From the NCBI GenBank assembly GCA_004431415.1, contig QPMI01000200.1, forward strand, positions 128,308 through 192,307: 64,000 bases of DNA. Reading direction: 5' to 3'. Below the pieces are notes generated by a model. It had not been told where the DNA came from and did not search any database. It was given only the letters and a program-made list of their open reading frames with translations. Origin of the DNA: Cyanophora paradoxa CCMP329 (Eukaryota; Plantae; Glaucophyta). Position numbers and translations under genes: made by a program. Of this stretch, positions 35,801 through 49,162 are shown piece after piece; positions within the stretch are counted from its first letter, which is position 1, and each line of letters starts with the position of its first letter.

Positions 35801-36744
35801 CTCCCGCCACTCCGCCACCTGCCCCAGCGCCTCGTCCAGCTGCCCCAGCGCGTCACGACCGCGGAGCCGCCCGCCGCGGGGGCGGGGGGCGCGCCTGGGC
35901 CTGCAGGTCTGTGAGGGACGCCAGCAGCGCCTCCCTCTCCCCGCGGAGGGCCGCCTCCTGGCCCTGGCTCTCCTCGAGCTGCCCCCCAAGTCAGGCCCGC
36001 CGCTAGCACGCCCCGCGGCGTCGCAGGCTTGCCAGTGAGGCGAGCTCGTCGGCGGCCCTCCACCGGTCCGCAACCTGGGCTTGCAGTTGCGCCAGCGTCT
36101 CCCGGCGCCGCGCCGACGAGTCGCCCTGCCGACCATCAGCTCGGCCCCGTGGATCGCTGCATCGGCCGCGGGGCGTGAACTGACATCGACCGCCTCGGAC
36201 CTCCTCGCAGATAGGTCAGTCTGCGCCGTGCCGATCGGCAGGGGAGAGCGCGTTTGAACCCCCCGCCCCTGGGAACGTACATCTCCTGCAGAGAGGCTAG
36301 AGACACGCTCTGTTCGCCCTTCGTGTGACAGGGTATCCCGCTCCTGCTGCAAAGATTTGGAGTTCTATTTGCACACGGCGGGCGGGGGGGCGCGGGCCGG
36401 GGCACCTGCATTGTAATTAACGACGTGTGCGCCTCGGCCAACGCGGAGCGAGTGCTCTCTGCTTCTACGCGGGCCTCTTCGAGCTCATTCTCAAGTTCGG
36501 CGACGCGACGACTTAGCTGATCGATCTGAGATTGATCGGCAGCTGGGCGCTCTTGCTCGGACGGGCGCCGACTGGGTGCAGGATCGACATTTTCGACCTC
36601 TGTCGATGTTGACGACACCGGCCTTTGACCGCGGCGCTTCTGCTGGAACTGCGCGAGCTGGGGCGCGCTGGGTAAGAAGACGCATAATCTGCAGAGGGAG
36701 CGCACCCGCTGCTTGCCAGCCTGAAGCAGTCTTTCGCGCTCCAT
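29856..36744 (-). CDS. Long multi-exon coiled-coil protein (golgin/pericentrin-like N-terminal motif)
   Basis: Starts MERERLLQAGKQR|LAQFQQKRR, resembling the 'LEAGKxKLAQFRQRK' N-terminus of AKAP9/pericentrin/golgin-type proteins. Many E/A/R/L heptad exons with short introns; last exon ends LLIVSFEH*. Confidence 0.75.
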
Positions 36745-37249
36745 CGCAGCTGGACCTCCCGCGACCCTTACGCAGATAGCTAGAGTTAGGCGGGGTGCAC
36801 GCACACTCGGAAGGTCTCCCGCGCGCCACAGCGGCCGCGGCCGTTCGTTTTCAGACTTTGCACAAGTTTGCACTTCAACTTTGCAGTTGTAGGGGGGTAG
36901 AGCTTCATAGTATAGCCTTCGGCGACCACTATATAGCTAGTACTGCTAGTCAAACTGTACAGCTAGTCCAGATGTCGGTGGTCGCGCGGCTGTGCATGCT
37001 CATTGCGACACTGAATCTCGATATGCGCATGCGCATGCAGCTAGCTGTGCAGCGCTTGATCTGGATCTTACCCAGCGCGCCCCAGTTCGCGCAAATCAAA
37101 CATTCTGCATGAATTTTTCTAAAAACACACTCAAAAGTAAGACAGATGCGCATCATGCGCCGCTCGGATGAAGAATGCGCGTTTTTTAGGGGAAAACGTT
37201 CCGAGGTCGGGCGCGAAAAAGTCCGCTCAGAAACGGTGCTCTCTATAGA

Positions 37250-38444
37250 TTACTCCGAAGCCGGCGCAGCGTCGCCACCCGCCGCACCGCCACGCCCGCG
37301 GCCACGGCCGCGGCCGCGGCCGCGGCCACGCCCGCGCCCGCCGCGCCCGCGGGAGCGCCCTCGGCGCCGGCGAAGCCCTGGTCCGGGACGAGCATGGTCC
37401 CAGGGTGGGCCTCCCCTCGCCAGCCGGGCCCGCGCCGCGACCACGGCCACGACCGCGCCCGCGCCCGCGGCCACGACCGCGCCCGCGCCCGCGCCCGCGC
37501 TCTGCGGGGGCGTCAGGCGCGGCCGGGTGGGGCCCGTGCGCGCAGCAAGGGAGCGCGACGTACCGCCCTCCGCCTCGACGGGCGCCGCCGACTCGACGAC
37601 CTCGCCGCCCGCCGCCGCGCCGCCGCGCCCGCGGCCGCGCCCGCGCCCGCGACCAGCCGGACCGGCGCCACGGCCGCGGCCGCGGCCGCGGGCCGGGCGA
37701 GCCTCATCGTACTCGCCGAAGTCCTCCTCTGCAAGAGCAAGCGCAGTTGAGTGTGACGGCGAGCGGCAAAAGGGCGACAGATAAAATTCACCCTGAAGAG
37801 GCTTCACCTGGTCCTCGGGGATCGGGGGCTGGTACCTGCCGCACGAGAGAGCTGTCAGCGGTCGGGACCAAAGGCGGCAACGGCGAGCTCGAACCCGGGC
37901 AAGCTGCTGTCGAGCTGCAGCTTAGAGAGGGTGATGGTCACCATAGACACGTGGCGAGTCGTCTCAAGCCTGCGCGGGAGCTCGCACGTCCCGCAAAGGG
38001 GCGGAGGGCGGGATACGCACTTGTTCAGGCCCTCCTCGATGGGCTCCCAGACGTCGGTGATGTCGGTGGAGTCGATCTTGGTCAGCTGGTGGAGGCCGGG
38101 GATGCGGCGCTTGATGATCTCGGCAATCGTCACCGTCTTGTTGATGGCGCGGCCCATAGCTTTCAGCACCACCTCGTTCGCATTCTTCTCGCCCTGCTCC
38201 GGAACAAGCTCGTGAGCTCGCAGTGGCCTCAGAGTGCCGTCGAAACGCGCGATGGCCAACCTGGAACAGGTTGGTCGCGTAGGAGATGTAGTTGCGCATC
38301 TTGCCCTGGGTGGTGATGCGGATCTGGCGGGCGCCCGGTGACGCAAGCTGGCGAGGACAGCGTCGATCGAATGATTCGTCGCACCTCATTCTCCTCGATC
38401 GACTGCTCCTGCTTGGGCTTCTCGACCCGACGGTACTTCTCCAT
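37250..38444 (-). CDS. Alba-domain (Rpp25-like) nucleic-acid-binding protein with RG-rich tail
   Basis: Exons MEKYRRVEKP..NE|IRITTQGKMRNYISYA..|VVLKAMGRAINKTVTIAEIIKRRIPGLHQ..DVWEPIEEGL..|ETTRHVSMVTITLS..|YQPP, then GRGRGRG repeats. Confidence 0.95.
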
Positions 38445-38853
38445 GGTCAATGGCCTGCTCCGCAAGGAGCGACGTGTTACGATGTCATTGATATGGCGGG
38501 CGACGCCGATCGGAGTCGCAGAGTTGGGCCGATGGGCGGCAGACGTGGACGGGCGTTTCTAGGAATGACAAGCCGTCAACGGAGACAGCTCACCTGCCTG
38601 ATCACGATCTCGGAGTGGGTCTCGTTCGACTCCGCTGGCCTGCGAGCGTCTCGGGGAAGTCTCTTTGCTTCGATGGAAATGGCACCTGCCCAAAAAAAAG
38701 CGAGAGAGTCTACTCGCTCTTGCTCCCTCTACAAGCGCCTGGCCGGCAGCGTCAGTACCGGCTGGCGAGAGACGCTTGGCTGCCTCACCTCGCTGTGCCT
38801 GTATCCCCCACGTGCAGGCGTACCCCCTCCCATTGCTGCTGCGTGATCGAAAA

Positions 38854-39838
<985 letters not shown>

Positions 39839-40206
39839 GCGAACAACTCGATCTACGCGCCATCGACGCAGCAGCAGCAGCAGCGGACGGGAGCGGCCAG
39901 GCGCTTCTCCAGACGGCCACCCGTCGTTCCAGGGCGACGGTTCTGTTCAAACTTGTATGCAGAACCGAGCTTCTGACGAAGGAAGCGCTTGTGGGGCATG
40001 GCGGTTATCTTTGCCGCGCAATGCGCGTTCTGCCGCTCTAAGCCAAAGATTAGCTGCACACCTGAGGTTGCAGACACTTGCACTGAACATGCACATAAGC
40101 AGGACAGAGCGATCCGGCTAGCAATTGAACGCGCAGCGGATCTGGAGCAGGCCTAGGCTGCACAGCGCCCCCCCCCCCCTCGAGCTTAACCGGAGTACAG
40201 AAGCGA

Positions 40207-41788
40207 ATGGCTCCCGCGTTCGCTGGGCCGCCGCCTGCAGCGCCCTGGTGTCGTCTGGATACGCCTTCAAGAACTGACACACCTTCCAACCAGTCATCCA
40301 AGTCGCACCGCTCCAGCTGTTGCCGCGGGACCCCTCGACAAGCGGCGCAACCGGCGCGGCCGAAGATAGAGCGCCACTTCCTAGGACAGCCCTTACCATC
40401 TGTTCGGTCGAGGCACGGCCGCGCGGATCGTACTGCGGTGCCCACCGATGTCGTATGCGAGCAGCGGCGTGCTCCATTCTCTCTGAATGTACAGGTGCAA
40501 GGCCGCCAATACGCGCTCACGCCTATTCATGCCACGGAAGCGAGCCGCGGCTTACGCACGACGCGCAGGGCGCGGACGCGAGGCCCGAGCCGTTCGAGCG
40601 ACGGCAGATCTCGCTTCCGAGCCGTCTCCCTCTGTACGGATACAGGAGATTGGAGTGGATTGCGTTTCCGGCGCTCTGCGAGCACGGCGTCGTGCACGGC
40701 GCCTTCACGCGCCGCGGCGGGGTCAGCGGCGAGGGTCCCAGCGCCTCCACTGATGGCATCGGCCTGTCGGGTGCGCCGCTCGAGAGGTGCTTGCCCTCCG
40801 AAGGCTCACGCCCCTCCCAGGGCTCAACGTCGGCCTAAACGTGAACGACGAGCCGACGATGCTGGAGGAGAACTACCGCCTCCTGCGCTCGGCGCTCTCC
40901 CTGGGGCGCGTCGTGGTCCCCCAGCAGGTGCACGGCGTTGGCGTCATCCACGTCACCGAGGACACGCCGGGTGCGCCCCCTGCGCGCGCGCCCGCGCCCA
41001 CCATCCGACGCGTCCCGGGGCGGCGGCAGACCTTCCGGGGGAGGCGGATGCGGTGATGACGAACGTTCCCGGCATTGCGCTGATGGTGCAGCACGCTGAC
41101 TGCCAGGTGCCGAAAGCCCGCCCTGCCGCGCGGCGGCGCGCGACAGGCGGCGCAGGCGGCGATCCTGTACGACCCGCGGCACCACGCGGTGGCGGCGGTG
41201 CACTCGGGCTGGCGCGGCCTCGTCCAGAACATCTACGGTGAGACCGTGCGCCGCATGGGCGAGGCCTTCGGCACGCACCCCGCGGTGCGCCGGCAGCGCC
41301 AGCCGCCCCCTCGCCGCGCGCCGAGGGGCCGGCAGGAGATCATCGCGACGATCTCGCCGAGCCTGGGGCCCTACGCCTCCGAGTTCGTGAACTACCAGGT
41401 GGGGGCCGCCCTGCGCGACCCGCGCCGGCGGGGCGCGTGACGCGCGGGCGGCAGGAGGAGTTCCCGCGCGAGTTCTGGGAGTTCAGCCTGCCGCGGCTGG
41501 AGGAGACGGGGCGGGGCGCGCTGCACGACCCGCGGGCGCGGGAGCTGCGGCAGCACTTCAACCTGTGGGAGATCGGGCGGCACCGCCTGCAGGAGGCCGG
41601 CGTCGCCCCCGAGCGCATCCACGTCGCCACCCTCTGCACCTTCACCAACTCCGACGGTCCCGCCCGCCCCGCCCGCCCCCGGGGCCGCCTCACCCTCGCC
41701 CTGCTCAGACTGGTACTCCTACCGGCGACAACGGGGCGGGCCCTGCGGGCGCAACTGCACGGTCGCGCAGCTTGGCGACCGGGCATGA
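40207..41788 (+). CDS. YfiH/PgeF/LACC1 (DUF152) family protein, possibly plastid-targeted
   Basis: Motifs FTRRGGVS, LNVG, QVHG, ADAVMT..HADCQ, AAVHSGWRG, ISPSLGP, LCT..WYSYRR. The start at 40207 (MAPAF.., Ser/Pro/Arg-rich) is inferred. Confidence 0.9.
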
Positions 41789-41995
41789 GAGCGCTCTGCT
41801 TGCTTGCGTGCACGGGATGCATCCCCGTTGTGATTTCAATCGCACACGCGCATTGCAGGGCGGCGCCGCTTGCCAGCTGAACTGCGGCGGGGGCATGCGG
41901 GCCTCGCGTGCCCTGTCGCGGGGCCTGGCGGGTACCCGGGAGGGGCGGGGGGGGCTGGAGGCGGGGGTCGGGGGGATGGCGGGGGCGCGGGGCGG

Positions 41996-44900
41996 CTAGG
42001 GGCCGGGGCTGGCGTGGGGCTCGGGGGCGCCGGCCTCGTCCTCCTCGGCCTGGGAAGCCTCGGCGACCATCACGAACTCCTCGATCAGGCGGTCCCGCAG
42101 CCGGGGGATCCCGAACAGCGCCCCCACCAGCTCCTCCAGCGCCCCGCCCCCGGCCCCCGCCGCCGCCTCCGCCGCCGCCGCCGCCGCCCGCGCCGCCGCC
42201 CCGGAGACCCCGCCCCGGCACCGCCCGGCCGGCGGCGGCGGCCTCGGCCTCGGCGAGCTGCGCGGGGCGCGGGTGGGGCGGGAAGGGGCCGGGGGCGGGC
42301 CGGTGCGGACGCGGCGGGCGAGGGCGGCGCGCTCCTCCTCCCACTCGCGCCGGGCGCGGTCGAAGTCGATGCGCTGCTGCAGGATCGTCGCCTCCAGCCT
42401 GCCGCCCCTCACGCCCGCCGCCCCGCGCCCCAGCCCGCCCCGCCCGCAGCGCGCACCGCTCCACGCGCTCCTCGAACTCGGCGCGCACCTCCGCCCGGAT
42501 CTCCCCGCGCTCGCCTCCCGCGCCCCGCGCGCGCCGCCGCCGCCGCCGCCGCCGGCAGGGGCGGCGCCGGCGGCGGCGCGGCGGCGGGGCCGCGGGGGCG
42601 GGGGCCGGGCCGCGGGGACCGGGGCCGGGGTGCGGGGGCGCGGCGCGGCGGGGGCTCCTCGCGGCCGCTGCCGGATTCGGTGTCGCTCGTGTAGCGGCGG
42701 CTGCGGGAGCGGCGCCCGCCGCGCCCGCCGCCGTCGGCCCCGTCGGCGCCGCCCGAGTGGCGCTGGGGCCGGTGGGAGGCGGAGCGGCGCGGCGAGGCGT
42801 CGCGCTCGGGGCCGCCCTCGGGCTGGGCTCGCCCCACCCGGGGCTCCCTTGCTGCGAGGGCGTCCGCCCTCCCGGGCCCCGTGCCAGGCCAACGGCGGGC
42901 TCCCCTCGTGGCCCCCGCTGCTCCGGCGGCTGCCGCGCGTCCGGCCGCCCCAGTCCTCCTCGTGCTCGTACATCTCCCGCCCGCCGCCGTACTCCTCGCG
43001 GTGCCCCCGCGCGTACTCGTCCCCGCGCGAGCCGCCGCGCCGCTCGCGCCCGAAGTGGATGGCCGAGTGGGGCCGCGAGGGCGGCAGCTCCTGCGCGGGG
43101 CGTCGGCGGCGGCGGGCGGGAGGGTGCGCGGGGGCGAGGGCGCCTCGACGTAGGGCATGGCGGGGTCGAGAAGGCGGCGGGGCGCGGCCTCCTCGTCGCC
43201 CCAGCGGGGGCGGGCGCTGGGGGCCCTGCGCGCCGCCTCCTCGGGGGCCTCCTCGTGGGCCCGCACGCCGGCCTTCACGAGGGCGTCCCGCAGCCCCGAG
43301 ATCTCCCGCGCTGCCGCCCCGTCGGCCCCACCCCGGCCCCCCGCCCCCCCGAGGCGCGCACCCAGCGCGTCCGCCCGCTCCTCGCTCTGCCGCAGCTTGT
43401 ACGCTAGCCGGAGCTCGAGCCCGTTCGCGGCCCCGCTCGCCCGCCGCTGCGCCCGTCATTCCCAGCGGCTCTGGGGCGCAGGGCGAGCACCTCGCGGGGG
43501 GGCCTGGCGTGCTCGAGCGCGCCGGCCTCGTCGCGCTCGCTGCGGGCATGGGGCGTGAGGGGCCGGCAGGGGGCCGCGGGCGGGGCGGGAGCGCGCTCGA
43601 GCTCCCCGAGGCGCTCGCTCGTCGAGTAGATCGAGGGCGCCGGCGACGGCCCCGCGACGGCCCGCCGCCCTGCCCGCCCTCGCGCCCCGCCGGCGCGGCG
43701 CAGCGGGGCGAGGGCGGGGCGGACGGGGCGAGGGAGGAGGAGGAGCGGATGTGGTCGAGCTGGCCCCGCAGGAGGGCCACCTCGCGCTCTGCGCCCCGCT
43801 CGCCCCCGCCCCGCCTCCCCGCGCCCTCGGCCGCGCGCACCGAGGCTCGAGTTGCGCTCCAGCAGCTCCACCTTCTCGGAGTCGACCCCGTTCCCCTCCG
43901 ACACCGGCCCCGCCCCGCCCCGCTGCTGCGGCGTGCCCCCGCTCGAGGCGGCGTGGTGGGCGGGGGCGGCGCGGGGCGCGCCCTGCCGGCGAGGGACTCG
44001 TTGACGTAGACGTGGTTCTTGACGGCCCTGGGGGGCGGCTCAGGGCTCGGGGCGGGGCGGGGGCGGGGGCGGGGGCGGGGGCGGGGGCGGGCATGGCGCG
44101 GGTGGCGAAGAGGAGGGTCGTGAACGTCTCGTCGAAGTTGAAGGCGGCGGGGCCGACGTTCCCGCACAGCACCGTCTTCGAGTTGCCCCTGCCCCGCCCC
44201 CTCGCCCCGGCCCCGCGCCCCCGCACAGCGCCCGCCCCCGCCGCACCCGAGCGAGTCGGTGAGGAGGCGCGTCAGCTTCGACTCGCGGAAGGGAACGTGC
44301 CCGAGGCCGGCCCCCGCGCGCCCCGCTGCGGGGGCCGTGAGGGCGGGGGCGGGGAGGGGGCGGGGCAGGGCGGGCCGTCGGAGAGGGCGGCGACGCAGTT
44401 GCCGAGGGCGGCGATGGACTTGTTGATCTTCTTGGCCTCCTCGAGGCGGAGGCCCTCCGAGCCGCTCTTCGAGACGCGCTCCGAGCCGGCGAGGTCCACC
44501 ACCGTCAGCGTCGCCCGCTTCACCTTCACCACCCCCACCTCCGCCCGCGACGGCAGCTGCCCCGCCCCGCCCCGCTCACGCCCCCCGCCCGCCCCCGCCC
44601 CCGCCCCGCGCACCGCCTGCTCCACCGTGATGTACATGATCACGTGACTGCGGCTCGAGGTCTTGTTCTGCGCTGCGCGTCGGGGGCGGGAGGGGCGGGG
44701 CGGCGGGGCGGGGGGACCATGGAGGTGGAGGAGGTGGCGCGCATGCGGGCGCCGGCGGCGATGAGGCGCATGAACTCGGAGGCGGAGCGGACGGGGACGG
44801 CGGTGAGGCCCTCCACGAAGACCCCCTGCCGCGGGTCCTCCCGGATCGCCAGCGCCCGCCCCGACGGCTCCAGCAGATCCGTGATCACCTGCGCCGCCTC

Positions 44901-45860
44901 AGCCGCCTCGCCCCGCCCCGCCCGGCCCCGCCCCGCCCCGCTCGCCTCGAGGTAGATCTGGAAGAACTGGAGGGTCACCGAGACCTGCGCGCCGGGCACG
45001 CCCTCGCGCACCTGCCGGCACGCTCAGCGCCCCGCCGCGGCGGGGGGCAGCCCGCGGGGGGCGCACGCGGGCGATGTAGTCGAAGATGGCCACGACGGAG
45101 CGCGGCAGCACGCCGCACATGCGGAACCAATCCTGGCCCATCCCCTCCTGCGGCCCCGCCCGCCCCGCCTGCTGGTTCCAAAGCGCAGCCGGCCCGAAGA
45201 TCGTGTGCGTCTTCCCCGTCCCCGTCTGGCCGTAGGCCATGATGGTCCCGTTGAAGCCGGAGAGGATGTCCTGGCGGGGGTGTGGGCGCGGGGCGTCGGT
45301 GAGGCGGGCAGGCGAGGCGGCGGGCCTGGACGATGTCGCGGGCGATGGCGTCGTACGCCTCTTCCTGCGACACCTCGGGCCCCAGCACCGTGTCGAACGC
45401 GAACTCGCGGTCCTGCCCCGCCAGTCGCCCCCCGCCCCGCCGCCTCGCAGCGCCCGCGTGCACCTCATAGAACTGTCGGAACAGTACGAGTCTGTTGGCT
45501 CCAGGCACGACGCGGATGCACTCTTGATATGGCCCAGCCTTCCTGTTCTCGACATCCTCCTGGACCGAGGGCCGGACACGGACCACCACTGCGGCGCGCG
45601 AAGCAACCTCAATCCGCATTTAGCTTGTGCACTCAACTCTCGTGCAGCCCCGCACCTCGAATCCTGACCTCCTCCGGCGGTCGAGCGCTGCCGGCAACTC
45701 GCCGGCGGACGGGGCTAGCGGCTCGGGAGCCTGGGGCGGAGCCTGGCCCAGCTGTCGTTGCTATGCTGACCTCTAGCGGGTCTGCATGCCCTTCCGGCGT
45801 TCGCCGAGGCGGCGCTTGCAGTCGGAAAACAGACTGCCGCGCGGGCGACGACGACCGCAT
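41996..45860 (-). CDS. N-terminal motor kinesin with coiled-coil/low-complexity tail
   Basis: [32 protein letters not shown] (P-loop), [41 protein letters not shown]. Confidence 0.96.
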
Positions 45861-46055
45861 AGGAGCGCTTTATCCGCTCTTGCAATTGCGCTAGTGCACG
45901 ATAGCTCGAAATGCCGTCTGGCTCGGCAGCTGCTTTCTCTACCGGCTCGTTTGCGATCGTAGTACCCCCATGGCCACGATGCAATCGATGCTGCGGGGCC
46001 CAGGCGCGGCCGCCAGCGCCGGCCGTACGCGAAGGCCGTCATAGACAGTGCTACG

Positions 46056-48303
46056 ATGCAGTCGATGCTGCGGGGCCCAGCGGCCGGCGAGCTGCTGCCT
46101 CGAATTGTACGATATCTGTCCTCGGGCCACGGGCATGCACACGGGCAAGCGCCGCAGCCACCCCCTACGCTGAAGACCCAGCTCAAAAAGCTGTACTTGC
46201 GAGTGCATCCCGACCTCTTCCAGCTCCATCCCGAAAAGAAGGTGCGCCGCTCCAGCGCGGACTGCAGCGGCTCCAGCGCGGCCGCCCGACTCGGCGCGCT
46301 CGCATGTGCTTGTCCAGGCGGTGAACGAGCGCAGCCTCGCGGCGCTGATGAGCTTCGGTGCGCGGTGTGCCGCTGTCTGCAGCCGGTCGGTCTCACGCGG
46401 CGTTGTGCGGCGCGCGCAGTCGACGGCGTCATGAAGCCGGCCGGGGAGAAAGAAGGATCGTCGGGGCCGGCGTGGCAAGACAGCGCGGCGCGCGTCGAGT
46501 TCTACATCCGCGAGAACGTGGGCAAGGGCGGCCCAGACCCTGGCGGGGGCGCGCGCCGGCCGGCGGGGCCCCCGGAGGAGCGCTTCCGCCTCGTCTCTGC
46601 GATGGTGCGGCCTGCCGGTCACGCGCCCGCGCATGCGCGTGCGAGCGGGCGCGGGGGCGCAGCTGCGGGCGTCGGGGGTGCGGGGCGGGGCGGGGCGATG
46701 GGGTGGCAGGGGCCGGGGGCCTCTTCGCGGCGTCCCTGGGGCGGCTCTTCCGCGAGTGCGGCCTGGACCCGACTTCGTGCTCCACGAGGGCCAGGCCCGC
46801 CCCGGCCCCGCCGGCACCGCCCCGCCCGCGCGACGCCCCGCAGGCGGCCGACTTCGCGCACGGCGCGCGCGCGCCGACGCTCGGGGAGTTCCTGGCGCAC
46901 GCCGGGCCCGCCGCACGCGTCAAGCGCGCCGAGGCCCGCGAGCGCGAGCGGTGCGCCGCCCCAGGCCTAGGCGCCGCCGCGCGCGGGGCCGGGGGCCGAG
47001 CGGGGCGGGGCCAGGGCGGAGCACTTCGTGGGGACGAGCCTGCGGATGGTGTTCGGGGTGCGGAGCCTCTTCGAGGGGGAGGCGGCGCCGCTGGCTCGCC
47101 TGCACGCTCTCCAGCAGCTCCGCCAGCTCCTCGAGGCCGCCCCCAGCACCGCCTCGTGCCCCCGCCCCGCCCCGCGCGCCCGCCCCGGGCGACGGGGCGC
47201 AGGACGGGGCGCGGCTGGCGGCGCTGCGCGAGCTCCCCGTCGTCTTTGCCGAGGGGCCCTCCCGCCTCGACCCCCGCGGCCGCGTCCGCCCGCCCCGCGC
47301 CCCGCCCGCGCCCCCGCCCTCACCGGGCGGGCCGGGCGGGGCGGCAGGTGGTGCTGGGGTCGGGGAGGGGGCGGAGGCGTGGGGCGCCTTCCTGCGAGAC
47401 ACGGACCTCGAGGCGGCCGCCGCCACCCGCCGCGCCCTCCGCCTCGTCGCCGCCGCCGCGCGCCCCGCACCCCGCCGCGCGCCCGGGCGGGGGGCTGAGG
47501 AGGGGCAGGAGGAGGAGGCGGCGCGGCGGCTCGGCCTGGGGGCCGTCTTCGCGTCGGACCCCCGCCTCGTCCTCTCCCCGTCCGCCCCGCCCGCCCCCGC
47601 CCGCCCGCGCCCCCCACGCCCGCCCACGCCCCCAGGAGTACGCCGCGCTGCTCCAGGCCCTCGCCGCCGGCCCCGAGCCGCCCCTCCCCGCCCACGGGCC
47701 CGCGGGGGAGCCCGAGGGGAGGGGAGGGGAGGGGAGGGAGACGGGGAGGGGGCCGGGACGGGGGCGGGCGGGGGCCGCTGGGCTCCCTCTCCCTCTACGT
47801 GGTCCCCGGGGCGAGGCGGAGGCGCCGGCCTTCGAGCCGCGCGCCGGGACCCTCACCGGGCGCCGCACCCTCGCGCCCCCGCCCGCCCCGCGCCCCGACG
47901 CCGGGCCGCGCAGGTGCCGATCGGGACGGGGCCGCGGGAGGTGGCGGAGGCGCTGGCCGGGGCGGCGTGCGGGCGGCGCGGGCGCGGCGGAGGGTGGAGG
48001 GGGAGGAGCGGCTGGTGGGGCGGCTGCTGGACAAGGTGCGGGCGCGGCTGCGGCTGGCGAGCCTGGGGCACGAGGCGGAGGCGGTGGCCCGCGGCAGCTG
48101 CGCGCCGCCGCCGAGCGCCTCCTCGCCCTCGCCCCGCGCCTCCAGCCCCTCCTCGCCGACCACGCCCTCGTCATCGGCCGGTGCCCCCGCCCCGCCCCGC
48201 CCCGCCCCGCCCCGCCTCCGCCGCCCCGCGCGACGGGGCCGCCAGGGCCTACGGGGTGACGGAGGAGGGGAAGCTCGTCATCCCACACAGCTTCGACGTC
48301 TAG
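46056..48303 (+). CDS. TCAIM: TCAIM-like (DUF4460/DUF4461) protein, likely mitochondrial
   Basis: LKKLYLRVHPDLFQLHPEKK|AVNERSLAAL motif, C-terminal YGVTEEGKLVIPHSFDV*, and a presequence-like N-terminus. Confidence 0.8.
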
Positions 48304-48327
48304 CCGCCCCCCGGCAGCGGCAGCCGC

Positions 48328-48965
48328 TGATCATGATCTGACATCAGCCTCGGAGCCGATAGCTAGCTAGATATATATGCATATGCTAGCGCTTCCGAGG
48401 CTTCATGATCAGCTCATGCCATGATCATGATGATCAGCGAGGCAGCGGTCACCAAATTATTTTCCGAGCTCAAATTTCTTTAAAATCTGGTCCAACATAA
48501 TCATCATCACATATGCACTGCGACATTGAATCGTGAATCATTGAATTGTTGTCTTTGAGGAAATTCGAAACTTTTGTTTTCTTTGAGGAAATTCGAAACT
48601 TTTGAAATCAAGCTAGAAGGTAAGCCTAGAACCCTTGAACTTACACCTTGAACGTTCAACCGCTTTGAACTCCGAGGCTCCGTGCGTGACGGTTGAACGT
48701 CACGGCCGGGCGTTGGGGCGCCGAGCCTCGGAGCATTCAATGATTCGATGATCATCGGATCTCCGAGGCTCAGAGTCCGACGGTCCCGGGTCCACGGTCT
48801 CATCATGGCATGATGATTGTGCCGCAGAGCCACGCTGCCAGGCCCTGAGGCTGCATGCCGCAGCCTTGGCAGTGCCATGATGATCGGATGCCATGCCATG
48901 ATGATCATGATCATCGGATGATCGCATCATGGCATAAATATCGAATCCACTTGGCTAGAGTCATA
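48328..48965. repeat. AT-richer intergenic block with palindromes and TGATCATGA/ATGCCATGAT clusters; possible MITE remnant
   Basis: Hairpin at ~48328-48412, duplicated CTTTGAGGAAATTCGAAACTTTTG, and ATGCCATGAT in both orientations (~48416, ~48926). Confidence 0.4.
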
Positions 48966-49162
48966 ATCACGACTCAGTGACCAAGAACAGGGGCAGGGAC
49001 TCCGCCAGGGAGCCTCGGAGAGCCAGGGCTAGGCCTAGGCCTAGGGCAAACCCGATCGCGATCGCACGCGTGAATCGGGAGCTCCGAAACCGTCGGGCTC
49101 GAGGCTCTGTCTCAGACCTAAGAGGTACATGCATTTGTTTGGCCGGGGTGAGGGTCGGGGGG

